Notes: generated by a model not told the origin, from the letters alone. A stretch of 61,883 nt of DNA from a virus (IMGVR_UViG_3300044726_000045:1-61883), one strand, 5' to 3'. Counted from the stretch's first letter, positions 36,309 through 46,787 are shown. Program-made: numbers and translations.

Positions 36309-39089
36309 CTAGGTCGCCTTAATGATGAACTGCACCGTGCAATACGCCGGGGTGGCTCCATCCGTCGCCGTAATCGGTGCTGTTGCGGTCGCACCTGAAA
36401 TCGCCGGGGCTGTAGCTGCCGTCGCACCACTCATCGCGGACTGTGCAGCAGCAGTTGTCCCGGTCAATCCCGGTGCTGCGGCTCCTGTGTTACCGCTTAC
36501 TCCCGGTGCTGCGGCTCCGCTGCTTCCCGTCACATCAGGAGCCACAGCGGCGGTCGCTCCAGTCAGTGTATGACTATGAGCACCATTCGTATCGGTCTTA
36601 ATCGAACCAGAACTATTCGCTGACGTACCAGTCACGCCGCCACTTCCACTGAACGAGTGGACGTGTGCAGGCGCAGAATAGTAAATCGTCATCGGGTTCT
36701 GGCCGACAATCGGGAACGTAGCATCCTCCGAATAACTACCGGAATGTGCGCCTGTATTCCCACTGATGCTGGCGGAAAACGACCCCGGACCATGCGAGTG
36801 GGCAGGCATGTAATGTTCATGATTGCCCGTCGAGTTCGTCGCAAACGTCCCGGCTCCGTGTGTATGCGAAGCCGCAGAGTACGAACCGGAGTCATGCGTG
36901 TGACTCGCTACGGCCAAGCCGCTTCCATCGTGCGTGTGACTCGCTACTGCCAGCGTGCCGACACCATGCGTATGGCTGGCGGCGGCAATGGTGCCGACAT
37001 CATGACTGTGGCTGGCAACAGCTAAGGTACCGACGCCATGACTGTGCGCCGGAACATTGTGCGTGTGACTGATCGCTCCACCCGTCTCACCGAGCACCGA
37101 CCCGACACCTGATACCGCTTTACCGAGTGGGAATCTCTGTTGCAAGTTCGGGACGTTGAACGTGGTCGAACCATCGCCTGCACCGTAGTTCGTCCCGATC
37201 ACCGCGAACAATGCGGCGAAAGCCACACGATCCAATGGCTGACCCTGACACAACTCCCATCCACCCGGAGCCACATCTGCCGCCCACATGACCAACGCGC
37301 CGATAGGCACCGCGCCTGTCGGACCTACTGGACCCGGTATACCTTGTGGCCCTGTGTCACCTTGCGGACCCTCTGGACCTTCAGGCCCCGGATCACCTTG
37401 CGGTCCCGGTGGCCCCGGTGGTCCTGTTACACTAACGATGCCAGTTCCCGGCCATGGTTCCGGTGGCTCATTCGTCTCACGCACACAGACATACGCCACA
37501 CCATCGGTACCGACGACAATATCGCCGTCTTTGTATGTGCCGGGGACGTAATCTCCAAGGTATTCAAGATCAGTCGAGCCACCTCCAGCACCACCCGCTG
37601 AATTCAAAACCTTATCAACCAGCGTCAAGCCAGTGCCCAACGTAATTTCTTCTGCAACTCCGAATCCGCTGTTCGAACCTCTGCCAAGCAACTTGTTAGC
37701 GGCAATTGATGGCATCGTGCCCGTGGCACCCGTTGGGCCTTGCACACCTTGCACACCCTGTGGACCCTGCGTGCCCGTGTCACCCTTGATACCCTGAGCA
37801 CCGGCTGGACCTGATGGCCCTTGTGGTCCGAGTGGCCCTTGTGGGCCTTGTGGCCCTTCTGGGCCTGTTGGACCCGTAGACCCGGCTGGACCGGTCGCTC
37901 CGGTGTCTCCGGTCGGTCCTGTGTCTCCCTGCGGCCCTTGTGGGCCTGCCGGTCCCTGAGCACCCGTCACACCGACTGGACCTTCGACACCCTGCGGTCC
38001 CTGATCACCCTGCGGACCCATCGGCCCTTCCGGACCATCGGCACCCACTGGACCGGGTGGACCGACTAGCCCTTCTGGGCCTTCCGGACCTATCGGACCC
38101 GGATCACCCTGTGGACCCACTGGACCTGTGGCTCCTGTCGGTCCTGCGGGACCGGGGGCACCCTGAATCTTGCCTGCATCAATCCACGTCTGCGTGTCTT
38201 CATCCCAGACCCACAGATGCCCGGTATCAGCGGCTATCCATCCATCCCCAGCTTCTCCAACCGGTGGCAATTGTTCTGACGACGGCACACTACCTTTGAT
38301 AGCGATGCCAGTGCCGGGATCACCCTTCGGACCTTCCGGCCCTTCTGGTCCTATCGGCCCCTCTGGACCCGCTACGCCCTGCACACCTTGCGGACCCTCT
38401 GGACCTGTCGGGCCTGCGACTCCAATCTCTCCTGCGGCCCCCTGAACGCCCTGCGGTCCCTGTGGGCCTGCCGGTCCCGTGGCACCGGGTATCCCCTGTA
38501 CGCCCTGTGGTCCTTCTGAACCCGGCACCCCCTGAATACCCTGTTCACCCTGTGGTCCTGCTGGACCAATCGGTCCCTCGATACCTTGGATGCCCTGTGG
38601 ACCCTCTGGACCGACATCTCCAGTCGGTCCTTCAGGCCCCACTGGGCCAACTTCACCTTGTTCACCTTGTGGTCCCGGTGGGCCTTCGGCACCTCCAGTG
38701 GGTACCTGTGCCCACTCCTTCAAACCATTCAGGTATTCATCAGGATTCCCAGACGGTGCAATCCACAAATCGTGTATCGTCTTCTCGGTAATTGTGGCGG
38801 CAATCAGGAAGCCTGCCGTGATGGCAACAGGCCCTGTGCCTTCTTGACGGCGAAGCACCGTCAGCACATCACCCACGATGGTGACGACTCTAACGACTTC
38901 CGCATTGGTCGGATCAGGTAGGACGTTCTTCGGGTAGGCCGACGCCATGAACGGCGGCTCTGGTAGCCGAACGCCATGGCCCGGTGGCACCGCCAGTGTA
39001 TCCCCAGATTCTGGGGGAACTGGAGCTACGGCAACCGTCGTTACGGCAAAATTCTTGAACTTGTCCAGCAGAACTGCCACGACGGGCAC
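36309..39089 (-). CDS. Collagen-like tail fibre with tail-collar domain and HxH repeat needle
   Basis: Long GXY tracts; [31 protein letters not shown]; 12-aa SHTH repeats; FIIK C-terminus. Confidence 0.9.
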   Translation of the reverse strand: MPVVAVLLDKFKNFAVTTVAVAPVPPESGDTLAVPPGHGVRLPEPPFMASAYPKNVLPDPTNAEVVRVVTIVGDVLTVLRRQEGTGPVAITAGFLIAATITEKTIHDLWIAPSGNPDEYLNGLKEWAQVPTGGAEGPPGPQGEQGEVGPVGPEGPTGDVGPEGPQGIQGIEGPIGPAGPQGEQGIQGVPGSEGPQGVQGIPGATGPAGPQGPQGVQGAAGEIGVAGPTGPEGPQGVQGVAGPEGPIGPEGPEGPKGDPGTGIAIKGSVPSSEQLPPVGEAGDGWIAADTGHLWVWDEDTQTWIDAGKIQGAPGPAGPTGATGPVGPQGDPGPIGPEGPEGLVGPPGPVGADGPEGPMGPQGDQGPQGVEGPVGVTGAQGPAGPQGPQGDTGPTGDTGATGPAGSTGPTGPEGPQGPQGPLGPQGPSGPAGAQGIKGDTGTQGPQGVQGVQGPTGATGTMPSIAANKLLGRGSNSGFGVAEEITLGTGLTLVDKVLNSAGGAGGGSTDLEYLGDYVPGTYKDGDIVVGTDGVAYVCVRETNEPPEPWPGTGIVSVTGPPGPPGPQGDPGPEGPEGPQGDTGPQGIPGPVGPTGAVPIGALVMWAADVAPGGWELCQGQPLDRVAFAALFAVIGTNYGAGDGSTTFNVPNLQQRFPLGKAVSGVGSVLGETGGAISHTHNVPAHSHGVGTLAVASHSHDVGTIAAASHTHGVGTLAVASHTHDGSGLAVASHTHDSGSYSAASHTHGAGTFATNSTGNHEHYMPAHSHGPGSFSASISGNTGAHSGSYSEDATFPIVGQNPMTIYYSAPAHVHSFSGSGGVTGTSANSSGSIKTDTNGAHSHTLTGATAAVAPDVTGSSGAAAPGVSGNTGAAAPGLTGTTAAAQSAMSGATAATAPAISGATATAPITATDGATPAYCTVQFIIKAT
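37715..38693 (-). repeat. Collagen Gly-X-Y repeat tract, interrupted once
   Basis: GP.GP. triplets in the translation; 9-nt periodicity in the DNA; boundaries approximate. Confidence 0.85.
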
Positions 39090-39098
39090 CAGTATACG

Positions 39099-39311
39099 TC
39101 ACCGTCTACCGACATGCCACCACTTACAGTACGGACAAGGATATGTATTTAGTCGATCTTCATCTTTGACGCCTGACGACCGCTTTAACGCCCGTAAATG
39201 GGCTTTGGCTGCGCCTTCAGAACGCCATTTCTGCTTCCGCCAACACCGTGGAAGAAACACTCCATCCAGACGCGCAATTTCACCGAGCTTCATGTCATCC
39301 CTCCATGGCAA
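39099..39311 (-). CDS. Small Zn-binding protein
   Basis: C..K......A........Y.CP.C..WHVG. Confidence 0.7.
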   Translation of the reverse strand: MPWRDDMKLGEIARLDGVFLPRCWRKQKWRSEGAAKAHLRALKRSSGVKDEDRLNTYPCPYCKWWHVGRR

Positions 39312-39467
39312 TCAATTGCAATTTCTACTGGTGGTCTTCGCTGCGAGTCGCCCCCGTTCGGTAAACGTGATCGTTCATCCACGTGTCAGACATGTAGTCC
39401 GACGCATCGAGCAACGGCTCACCCCACCATCGATCCTTGACCCACCGCTTGAGCCGACGCCACCACA

Positions 39468-39716
39468 TCATGATGCACTCAGCAGTTCCTTGACCTCGGC
39501 CAGCCGCTTCTTGTCTTCCCGTGTCATCGTGCCCACGATGAAGTGGCGAGTCAGTCGAAGTTCTTCTTTCTGCAACCACTTCCGCTCTTTGCTGGAAATC
39601 GGTCGCACCTTCAGACACGAAACCGGTGGTGCCTGCGACTGGTCCATCTGGCAGTCATGTGTCCGACAATACCATGCGCGAGTCGGCCCTGAGACAACAA
39701 TCTCACACCCGTCCAT
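39468..39716 (-). CDS. Hypothetical protein
   Basis: 82 aa, GGAGG RBS. Confidence 0.55.
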   Translation of the reverse strand: MDGCEIVVSGPTRAWYCRTHDCQMDQSQAPPVSCLKVRPISSKERKWLQKEELRLTRHFIVGTMTREDKKRLAEVKELLSAS

Positions 39717-39739
39717 CTGACCTCCACACGACTTACTTC

Positions 39740-40417
39740 TCAGTCTTCAAAGGCTTTCTTGAACTTCTCGACCTTCGCCTTCAACAGACGATTTTCCTCA
39801 ACCGTAGCAATCAAGAACTCCCGCATGTCGGTCAATTCCTTGATCATAGTGTCGAGCATCTCGACCGACACATCAAGTTTATTCCGTGCGGAACGAGGAA
39901 CAGCCGTGACCCCGCTGGTCTTCCGTCGCTGAACGGCCACGAACTGAGTCAGCGACCCAAACGTCGTCTTGATCTTCCGCTCATTGCAAATACGCTCCAA
40001 CGCCCGAGCGTTCTCTGCGTTAGACCGATTCCAATCAATCAACGGGATCAGTTCGGCCAGTTTACCCTTGGTCTGCGTTTCCTGCACATCATCAGGCGTG
40101 ACTCGTGCCACTCCGTTCTGGAAGAACGTCTTCAGCAGATCATACACCGCCTGATTCGACTTGCGCGTGAGATACGGAATCTTATTCTGCTTACAGAACG
40201 TCACCACCCACGCATTATGAAACGCCGGGATGTCGTCCGTCATGATGATCGCCTTGCACGACGTTCGATCCACTTGGAGCTTCAAATCTGTGGCTGGTAC
40301 TTCGCTCGTCTTGATGAACTTGACCTGTGGGTTGACGGCAAACTCCTTGACGAAACCGGTCGCACCATGCAGTACGACGCACGTTCCACCATGAGTCAAA
40401 TCAACAGACTCATTCAT
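39740..40417 (-). CDS. Hypothetical protein with C-terminal coiled coil
   Basis: 225 aa, AGGAG RBS. Confidence 0.8.
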   Translation of the reverse strand: MNESVDLTHGGTCVVLHGATGFVKEFAVNPQVKFIKTSEVPATDLKLQVDRTSCKAIIMTDDIPAFHNAWVVTFCKQNKIPYLTRKSNQAVYDLLKTFFQNGVARVTPDDVQETQTKGKLAELIPLIDWNRSNAENARALERICNERKIKTTFGSLTQFVAVQRRKTSGVTAVPRSARNKLDVSVEMLDTMIKELTDMREFLIATVEENRLLKAKVEKFKKAFED

Positions 40418-40435
40418 GTCATCTCCTAACTAACG

Positions 40436-41263
40436 TCACTTCGACAACTGTTTCCCGCACGACTGGCAGACCGTGTAGCCCTGAATGACTTGCGTGCTGG
40501 CTGATGGCTTCTCGCAGAAGAAGCAGACCACCAACGGTTCCTGCACCGGCTCCTGTGCCGACTCCCCGACCTCGGTGGTGACCACCTCACTGGCCACCAC
40601 ACCCGCCGCCAACTCCGACTTCGCCGCCGCCAGCTTCCACTCGGTCTTGAGACCGTAGTGGTCCGCGCACACCGGGCCGAATCCCGCCGCCAACGACTTC
40701 TCGTCGGTCAGGCCCTTGTTGCAGAAGCAGCAGTGACCCGTCAGCTTGCCGTGCTCCTTGGCCACCCGTGCGGGTTGGGCCGAGAACTTCGTCAGGAGCA
40801 CCGTCAGGGCCTCCAGCATCTCGGGGCTGGTCTTGAAGGACGGCGTCCAGACGCCCTCGGGACTCACGCGACCGTAGAAGGCGCGATTGGGGTACTGACC
40901 CTCGCCCATGACGTTGATAGAGCCTGCGGCCTTGGACGCCGCCCCAGCCACCGCCAACGTGACCGGCTTGCCGAGACAGAGCAGAGTGATCTTCGGGAAC
41001 TTGAGATGGGCCTTCGCCTTGGCGAAGAGCGCGATGACGCCTTCGAACGACCCGACTTCCACCGCCGCAGGCGATGACGCCACCACGAGGAAGGCCGGGG
41101 TCGTCGCACGCTCAAGCAGCTTGCCGATCCACGGCTCCTGCTTGGGCGAGAGCTTCTTGTATTTCTTGAACGACGCGATGAGGCTGATGGCGAAATCCTG
41201 ATCGTTGGCCTTCAGCTTCGGCAGGGCGTTTTGCAACTGGGCGACTTGTTCTTGAAGGTTCAT
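40436..41263 (-). CDS. DUF6011-like Zn-finger protein
   Basis: CCFCNKGLTDEKSLAAGFGPVC; LSPKQ motif; own promoter. Confidence 0.8.
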   Translation of the reverse strand: MNLQEQVAQLQNALPKLKANDQDFAISLIASFKKYKKLSPKQEPWIGKLLERATTPAFLVVASSPAAVEVGSFEGVIALFAKAKAHLKFPKITLLCLGKPVTLAVAGAASKAAGSINVMGEGQYPNRAFYGRVSPEGVWTPSFKTSPEMLEALTVLLTKFSAQPARVAKEHGKLTGHCCFCNKGLTDEKSLAAGFGPVCADHYGLKTEWKLAAAKSELAAGVVASEVVTTEVGESAQEPVQEPLVVCFFCEKPSASTQVIQGYTVCQSCGKQLSK

Positions 41264-41302
41264 GTGGTTCCCACTCCTTGGGGGTTGAAATCGACTCCCT
41301 AT

Positions 41303-41331
41303 ATACTACCAAAGGCCGGGGCATTTGTCAA
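41303..41331 (-). promoter_or_regulatory. Sigma70-type promoter
   Basis: TTGACA-17-TAGTAT with TG extension. Confidence 0.8.
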
Positions 41332-41340
41332 TAGGGCCTT

Positions 41341-41553
41341 TTACCCCTTATGGGCGTAAAAGATTTCAACATCGGCACCGTCCGGAGACGCTTGGTCTGC
41401 CGCGTCATGAAGCCGCTTTAATGCCGCTCGTTTTTGTGCGGGTATCCATGTCTCAGATGGCGTAATCACCGCTGTGAACACCAACTTCGACTGACCCTTC
41501 CACGTCAGCCACCCATCTGGCGTCCGAATCCACCCCTTCTTCCTCTTCACCAT
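41341..41553 (-). CDS. Hypothetical protein
   Basis: 70 aa, GGAGG RBS. Confidence 0.6.
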   Translation of the reverse strand: MVKRKKGWIRTPDGWLTWKGQSKLVFTAVITPSETWIPAQKRAALKRLHDAADQASPDGADVEIFYAHKG

Positions 41554-41562
41554 TACACCCTC

Positions 41563-41910
41563 CTACGGTTTCAAGATGTCTCGATGCTCCACGGGCACCC
41601 CTAATTCCTGCCCCAGACGCTCCACAAGGAATACAGACCGATGATGGCCCCCAGTGCAACCGATCCACGCCTCCTCGACCCCCGGAGTCGCTACGGCCTG
41701 CTTCAGATACTCGTACTTGGCGGCAAAGTTCGGGGTCTTCATCACGTCGGCCTGCACCTCGGGATCGGTGCCTACCTTGTAGCGTAGTGCCCGGTTGTGA
41801 AACGGGTTCCGGAACACCTGACGGATGTCCACCACCAACAGGCCACAGCCTGTGGTCGGAATGTCATCGTGCTTGAATCCGAAACTGACCAGCTTCTTCA
41901 ACGCCATCAC
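41563..41910 (-). CDS. Stand-alone RapZ C-terminal-like domain protein
   Basis: SFGFKH, D.R....NP, G.D..V, IGCTGGHHRSV, HRD motifs. Confidence 0.85.
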   Translation of the reverse strand: MMALKKLVSFGFKHDDIPTTGCGLLVVDIRQVFRNPFHNRALRYKVGTDPEVQADVMKTPNFAAKYEYLKQAVATPGVEEAWIGCTGGHHRSVFLVERLGQELGVPVEHRDILKP

Positions 41911-41994
41911 ACCCTCACTCTGGCAACGACCACCACAACACGATGAACGGCATCAGTGCCGCCAACGCAAACACCAGCACCACCAGCACATCAA

Positions 41995-42216
41995 CTACGA
42001 CTGGCGGAATTCTTCTGGCCATGGCACTTCAAACACCGGCCAGTTTTGAGACCACCCCAATGATGGACCTTCTTTGGGATTCACTTCGAATGCAATAGAC
42101 AGCGTGCTGGGGTCTCGCTGCATCTTCGCCGCCAACTCAGCGGCTTCCTGTGGCGAGTCTGCATCCACCTGTGTGATCCACCGCACCGTGTATTCCATTA
42201 CCGATTGCCACCCCAC
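41995..42216 (-). CDS. Hypothetical protein
   Basis: Y.V.W...VDADSP.EAA pattern. Confidence 0.6.
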   Translation of the reverse strand: MGWQSVMEYTVRWITQVDADSPQEAAELAAKMQRDPSTLSIAFEVNPKEGPSLGWSQNWPVFEVPWPEEFRQS

Positions 42217-42680
42217 GCAATAGTCGCCGTCGCGCCCTTCACGTTCTTCGATGCGTACGGCTTGACGGTCACCTTCCGTGTGCCGACGACCATCATCGCA
42301 ATGCCGCCGCCCAGTGCGATCAATCCGATCCTCGGAGCCAACGACTCACACGAGCCATGGTCTATCGAGTAAGTGTTCACGCAGACCGCATCACCGAACA
42401 CGTGATAGGTGTCGCCCTGCGGGATCACCATGGCGGTTCCTACCAGTGCGGTAATGAGACCAGCCACCGCCAGCTTCTGACTCCGGATGCGATCTTCAGG
42501 TGCTGACGGATTCAGCCTCTCCGCTTCCGCCCGACGAGCCTGTATACACCGCTCAGCATTGAAGGACAGATCAGGACGACACTCCGGTAACTCCTGCCGT
42601 CCCTCTCTGCCACCCTGCGCCCATGCCGTTCCACTCAACGCCAAACTCACGATCAACGCCATTGCAATCTGCCTCTTCAC
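42198..42680 (-). CDS. Signal-peptide, two-TM membrane protein
   Basis: N-terminal signal ending AWA; two hydrophobic segments. Confidence 0.7.
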   Translation of the reverse strand: MKRQIAMALIVSLALSGTAWAQGGREGRQELPECRPDLSFNAERCIQARRAEAERLNPSAPEDRIRSQKLAVAGLITALVGTAMVIPQGDTYHVFGDAVCVNTYSIDHGSCESLAPRIGLIALGGGIAMMVVGTRKVTVKPYASKNVKGATATIAWGGNR

Positions 42681-42919
42681 TGTCCACTCTCCTTTTGAAA
42701 TACGTCGATATGCACCAACGAAATATCCCGCACCACCAACTCTTTATGCACCGCTGTGCCACGCAACTCGTTCCTCATGACATCGGCCATCTTATACGCT
42801 TCGTGAAAACTACTCGCCACCAGCAACTGCTCCTCGCAGGGATCAGTCTCGACCTTAATGACGCCGTTCACTACCAGATCGAACGTGGCCATGTAGACCT
42901 GCACTCGATTGAACTTCAT
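42677..42919 (-). CDS. Hypothetical protein
   Basis: Coupled 80-aa ORF. Confidence 0.6.
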   Translation of the reverse strand: MKFNRVQVYMATFDLVVNGVIKVETDPCEEQLLVASSFHEAYKMADVMRNELRGTAVHKELVVRDISLVHIDVFQKESGQ

Positions 42920-43815
42920 CGCGCACCATCCATGTCGGCGGCATCCCTGAACCCGACGAACTGTGGGAAGCGCGGTTTGTCCTTGCCACCACTAGCAAAG
43001 AACTTGAACTTGACGATCTTGCCGATGTAGTTCCCGCCGTCATTCCAGATGGCCTGCCGCTCCACCAGCGTGCCGGTCGGACTCACCTTGTGGACGATGC
43101 CCGTCTCCAGATTCTTGACGAGGTAGGCCCCGAGCGTGCCCTTGGCGACCTTACCATCCTTGTGGCTACTCCGTGCCGTGTGGCCAAGCTCGTTCACGAA
43201 CGCAGTGTTCTGATTCGACTCCTGCTCGATCAGGTCGAGCACTTCGCCTTCACCATCGGTGAACCGCTTCATCTTGAGCAAGAAACCTTCGTTGCTCGTG
43301 GACCGGCCCTGCTTGTACGGACCCTTGGGACTCCGGATCATCAGACCCTCATATCCCAGTTCCACCGCCACCGCTTCCAGACTCTGGAGCACGTCCTGCG
43401 ACTCCACGAGATTGTGAGGAACCATCTGCACATACGGCAGACTGAGACCATCCACAACCTGTGAAGCCTCTGCCAGACGACTGGCAAACGGGCCTACCAT
43501 GAACTTGTCGAACACATGGAACACAAAATTTGGCTTGCCGTCCTGCGACATGACCGCACTCGACGTGACCCGGAACGCATCAGCCGCTGCCGGGTTGCCG
43601 ACGATCAACTCCCCGTCCAGCCCTTCCAGTTCCGGGCGGCTCAACAGGGCCTGCACATGCAGGTTGGCGATGGGTTTGAGACTGCGGCTCATGACCACGC
43701 CGCCTTGGATGGTGGCACGGATACCGTCGAGCTTCGGACTGGCAAGCACCGGGAACCGACCACTCGCCAACACGAACGGAGCCTCCAACTTGCCTGCCAA
43801 CATCGCTTTGAACAT
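42916..43815 (-). CDS. lig: ATP-dependent DNA ligase
   Basis: SPKLDGIR, LDGEL, FHVFD, YEGLMIR, LLKMK, PRFP.F; start moved to MFKAMLA with AAGGGAG RBS. Confidence 0.93.
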   Translation of the reverse strand: MFKAMLAGKLEAPFVLASGRFPVLASPKLDGIRATIQGGVVMSRSLKPIANLHVQALLSRPELEGLDGELIVGNPAAADAFRVTSSAVMSQDGKPNFVFHVFDKFMVGPFASRLAEASQVVDGLSLPYVQMVPHNLVESQDVLQSLEAVAVELGYEGLMIRSPKGPYKQGRSTSNEGFLLKMKRFTDGEGEVLDLIEQESNQNTAFVNELGHTARSSHKDGKVAKGTLGAYLVKNLETGIVHKVSPTGTLVERQAIWNDGGNYIGKIVKFKFFASGGKDKPRFPQFVGFRDAADMDGAR

Positions 43816-43930
43816 CAGACCCACTCCCTTGGGAAATATGAGAGGGGATATCAAGCTGCCCCTCATCAGCCGTCGCTCTCCTAATCTGCCCCGCGCATTG
43901 GCGACCGTCACGCGATGCCTCAACAGAACC

Positions 43931-43959
43931 AGTCTACCACCAGTCCTGCCATTTGTCAA
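43931..43959 (-). promoter_or_regulatory. Sigma70-type promoter
   Basis: TTGACA-17-TAGACT. Confidence 0.75.
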
Positions 43960-44313
43960 CTACCACGACGCCTTCGCCGGATTGAGTGCTGCCCACACAT
44001 CCAGCGGGTCCGTGTCGTTCGTGAACGTCGCCACCACATGCTGGTTCTTGCCCTTGACCACACGCACCATCAACAGCGCATGAGCCGCATGCGAATACTT
44101 CACCTTGTAGACGTTCCCATCACCGAGCCGAATCCGTGCGTGCTCAGGTCCGAGATGGATCAACGCCTTGGTACCGAGCGCCTGAAGTTCCATCAAGACG
44201 TGTGGCATGATACGGCCCACATACCCCCACACACCACCGTTGACCTTCAGGTCCGAAGGCCGATGCTTCTCCACCAGTGCCTGCACAAACTGTGAATCCA
44301 ATTGCAATTTCAT
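43960..44313 (-). CDS. Hypothetical protein
   Basis: 117 aa; promoter 44333..44361 (TTGACA-17-TAGCAT) and AAGGAGG RBS. Confidence 0.7.
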   Translation of the reverse strand: MKLQLDSQFVQALVEKHRPSDLKVNGGVWGYVGRIMPHVLMELQALGTKALIHLGPEHARIRLGDGNVYKVKYSHAAHALLMVRVVKGKNQHVVATFTNDTDPLDVWAALNPAKASW

Positions 44314-44365
44314 TCACGTTCCTCCTTGTGCAATGCTACTACTGGTCCAACCATTTGTCAATAGG

Positions 44366-44494
44366 TCAGTCGTAGGCGACTTCAGCCGCCTTCGCCCGTA
44401 GGGCTTCCCACTGCTCCTCAGTCACACCGACACGTCGGGCTTCGTCCAGCAACGCATCAGTTGCTCGACGTGCCGCCCACCATGATTTGTACAA
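44366..44494 (-). CDS. 42-aa paralog of the C-terminal half of 48643..48888 (not in the ORF track)
   Basis: WWAARRATDALLDEARRVGVTEEQWEALRAKAAEVAYD vs WWAGRRASDALLDEARKVGVTDAQWEALRAKAAEVAYD; TTG start uncertain. Confidence 0.6.
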   Translation of the reverse strand: MYKSWWAARRATDALLDEARRVGVTEEQWEALRAKAAEVAYD

Positions 44495-44512
44495 GGAAGC
44501 GGTGGTGCCCCC

Positions 44513-44917
44513 TCAGTCTTCGTGCCTGTTATTGAATGCTTTCACCGCCGACGCCGGGAACCCACCCATGGTGCCCAACGACGTGTTCAGGCCGGTCACT
44601 CGCGTGAACACTTCCTGAAGCTGATCGTTGTAGATGCTCTTCCGCTCCGCGACGTGCTTGACGTTGACACCACGCAGCCGCAGGAACGTCAGGTCATAGG
44701 TGTCTTCTGCATTCAATTGCACCTTGACGTAGTTGATCCCGTCCGTGGTGCGACCCCCGGCACCCGGCAACCTGAAGGACAGCGACCGCTCGTCGCCAAG
44801 GAAGTTCTTGGCCCCGGTCATGACGATGAACCTACGCCCACCAAGCTGCGCCAAAATTGTCTCTGCTACCTGCATATTTGCCATTGGCTCCTCCATGAGC
44901 GAAGACCAGTCTACCAC
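44513..44917 (-). CDS. Phage hypothetical protein (start probably near 44884-44896)
   Basis: ILAQLGGRRFIVMTGAK...DTYDL.F...Y.DQLQEVF...TGL. Confidence 0.8.
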   Translation of the reverse strand: MVDWSSLMEEPMANMQVAETILAQLGGRRFIVMTGAKNFLGDERSLSFRLPGAGGRTTDGINYVKVQLNAEDTYDLTFLRLRGVNVKHVAERKSIYNDQLQEVFTRVTGLNTSLGTMGGFPASAVKAFNNRHED

Positions 44918-44936
44918 CCACTCAGGCGTTTGTCAA
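44908..44936 (-). promoter_or_regulatory. Sigma70-type promoter
   Basis: TTGACA-17-TAGACT. Confidence 0.75.
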
Positions 44937-45425
44937 CTGTGCAACCGATTGCACAGAATACAACGGCCCGGTCGTCAGCAACTTACTCGCCGCCGCAATG
45001 TTCTCCTCGGACACCCCCTTCTCGGGCGTCGTCTTCACGAACCACTCACGAACCCCGTCCATGCTGAACCGACCCTCATGGTTGTCGTCCAGAATCGCCA
45101 GATGCACCGGTTCCCCCATGCCCTTGAGCCAGTTCTGAATCTCCTCACCACGGACCCAGCCGTTCTCGGTGACCCCGAGCACACGACGGGTGGGAATGCC
45201 CCCATACACCTGTAGGAACCGCCGTAGCTCCCCCAGCGTGTAATTGTGCCGCCAGTCTGAACTCACGACCACCGAAGCGTTCAGACGCTCCACCATGCCA
45301 CCCACGCGCAGGGCCAACCGCCGCTCGATCTGTGGCTCAACGGGTGAACTGAGGTAATACCCCTGCTTGCTCACCCGATTGATCACCCCGTCGAAATCCA
45401 AAAACACTATCCGTCTCGCGCTCAT
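44922..45425 (-). CDS. HAD-superfamily phosphatase (Swiss-army-knife RNA-repair-like)
   Basis: FLDFDGVIN, VVSSDWR, RGEEI..WL, ILDD. Confidence 0.85.
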   Translation of the reverse strand: MSARRIVFLDFDGVINRVSKQGYYLSSPVEPQIERRLALRVGGMVERLNASVVVSSDWRHNYTLGELRRFLQVYGGIPTRRVLGVTENGWVRGEEIQNWLKGMGEPVHLAILDDNHEGRFSMDGVREWFVKTTPEKGVSEENIAAASKLLTTGPLYSVQSVAQLTNA

Positions 45426-45607
45426 CTCGCTCCCTTCACCACCCGGTGGCACCGCACACAATACAATCGGTTCACGTCTGGGACCACTCGGTGCCCTGCA
45501 ACCATGCAGAGCACCTTGCGGCCTATCTCCTGCTTCCTGATGACCCACCACTTCAGCCGCCACCGCCACAGCGGCACTCGACCGTGGATCGTGTTCACAT
45601 ACTTCAT
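45422..45607 (-). CDS. Small hypothetical protein
   Basis: C...GH.......CVRC; ATGA-coupled at both ends. Confidence 0.55.
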   Translation of the reverse strand: MKYVNTIHGRVPLWRWRLKWWVIRKQEIGRKVLCMVAGHRVVPDVNRLYCVRCHRVVKGAR

Positions 45608-46491
45608 GCTGCCACCGCCTTGGCCACGCTCACCAGCGTGGGCCGCTTGCCGAACCCGAAGGACTTGTCGTCCTTGCTGACCTCGAAACTCGCCGTGAAG
45701 GTGATGGTGTCGCCCCGGCCTGCGTCAGCCTTGCTGGGCACCGTGGTCCAGACCCGGCTGTTGTTCTCCAGCTTGACCAGCATCTTCTCCTGCACCCCGT
45801 AGAACCCCTCGACCCGCTTCGTGCTCAGGATGACCCCTGTGACCGTCTGACGGCCCTCTGGGGCGTTCCCCTTGACCTCGGTGGCCTCTACTGCCTTCTG
45901 CCCCGCCACTTCCACGTCACGGGCCAAGGACTTCAGCACCGCCGCCACCTGACGCTCCGAGAGTGACCCGTAGATGTTCAGCTTGCCCACCACGTCCTGC
46001 ACGAAGGAGTTCTTCGCGTGGACTGCGTTCTTCGCCTGCTCGACCGCCGCCGCGAACGCTGGATTCGCTTCCAGAAACTTCACTCGGGCGTTCCAGACCT
46101 TGATCCGTGCGTGACCCGCCTCGGCCTTGGACTTCAGGACCGCCAACTTCCACTCCTGCTTGTTGGCGAAGTCCAGACGGAACGTGCAGTCCGAACCGAA
46201 GACCACCGTCTGACCAGTGGGAAGGTGCTTGGTCGCCGTGATCCAACGGACACGACCGTTGCCGCAATGCACGCAACGGCGAACCTTCTTGCGCCAGTCT
46301 TCACCGAAGACGCGGAGCATGTCAGCTTCCCAGAACTTGACCTCGGCTTCGAACGCTTCGATGCCCTGACCGTAGTAGCCGGGACGCTTGTTGTCGAGAT
46401 AGTCAACGACCTCGTAGCTTGCCGGGTCGAAGTTGACGGGGTTGTGGACTGTCGGAATCTTTGCCATCTGGTTCACTCCTTGAACGCTCAC
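45604..46491 (-). CDS. Hypothetical protein with Zn-binding N-terminus and OB-fold-like C-terminus
   Basis: CVHCG...GSDC; LSERQ; promoter 46503..46531. Confidence 0.8.
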   Translation of the reverse strand: MSVQGVNQMAKIPTVHNPVNFDPASYEVVDYLDNKRPGYYGQGIEAFEAEVKFWEADMLRVFGEDWRKKVRRCVHCGNGRVRWITATKHLPTGQTVVFGSDCTFRLDFANKQEWKLAVLKSKAEAGHARIKVWNARVKFLEANPAFAAAVEQAKNAVHAKNSFVQDVVGKLNIYGSLSERQVAAVLKSLARDVEVAGQKAVEATEVKGNAPEGRQTVTGVILSTKRVEGFYGVQEKMLVKLENNSRVWTTVPSKADAGRGDTITFTASFEVSKDDKSFGFGKRPTLVSVAKAVAA

Positions 46492-46508
46492 TTACTGAAA
46501 CCATTGTC

Positions 46509-46787
46509 TCATATCCCGATTGATTTGTCAAGTGTGGCTTCCGCCCCTACCTGCCAGTCCGGTTCGTTCACTCGGTCCTGATACCCCGGCCACGACGTGA
46601 CCACCTTCAGGCCCTTGTCCAGTGCGTGCTTACGGGACACGGCACGCAGCCCGTGCTTCGTCTGGTAGACGTGCCACGTCTCGGACGGCTTGTGGAATGC
46701 CTCCAACTTGAGCATGAGCGTGTAGAGCATTACCGTGCCTCCTTGGCGCACTCCGCGCAATTCGCCTTGAACTCCACCGCCTGCCAC
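46509..46787 (-). CDS. Hypothetical protein (start probably MLYTL)
   Basis: AAGGAGG before the internal Met. Confidence 0.55.
   Translation of the reverse strand: MAGGGVQGELRGVRQGGTVMLYTLMLKLEAFHKPSETWHVYQTKHGLRAVSRKHALDKGLKVVTSWPGYQDRVNEPDWQVGAEATLDKSIGI

Noticed and set aside
36050-38700. CRISPR array or non-coding tandem repeat
   Set aside because: The periodicity is explained by collagen Gly-X-Y codons; no repeat-spacer structure was seen anywhere
43820-43925. Hammerhead ribozyme in the ligase leader (CUGAUGAG followed by a hairpin)
   Set aside because: The required GAAA after stem II is absent; it reads as a simple hairpin
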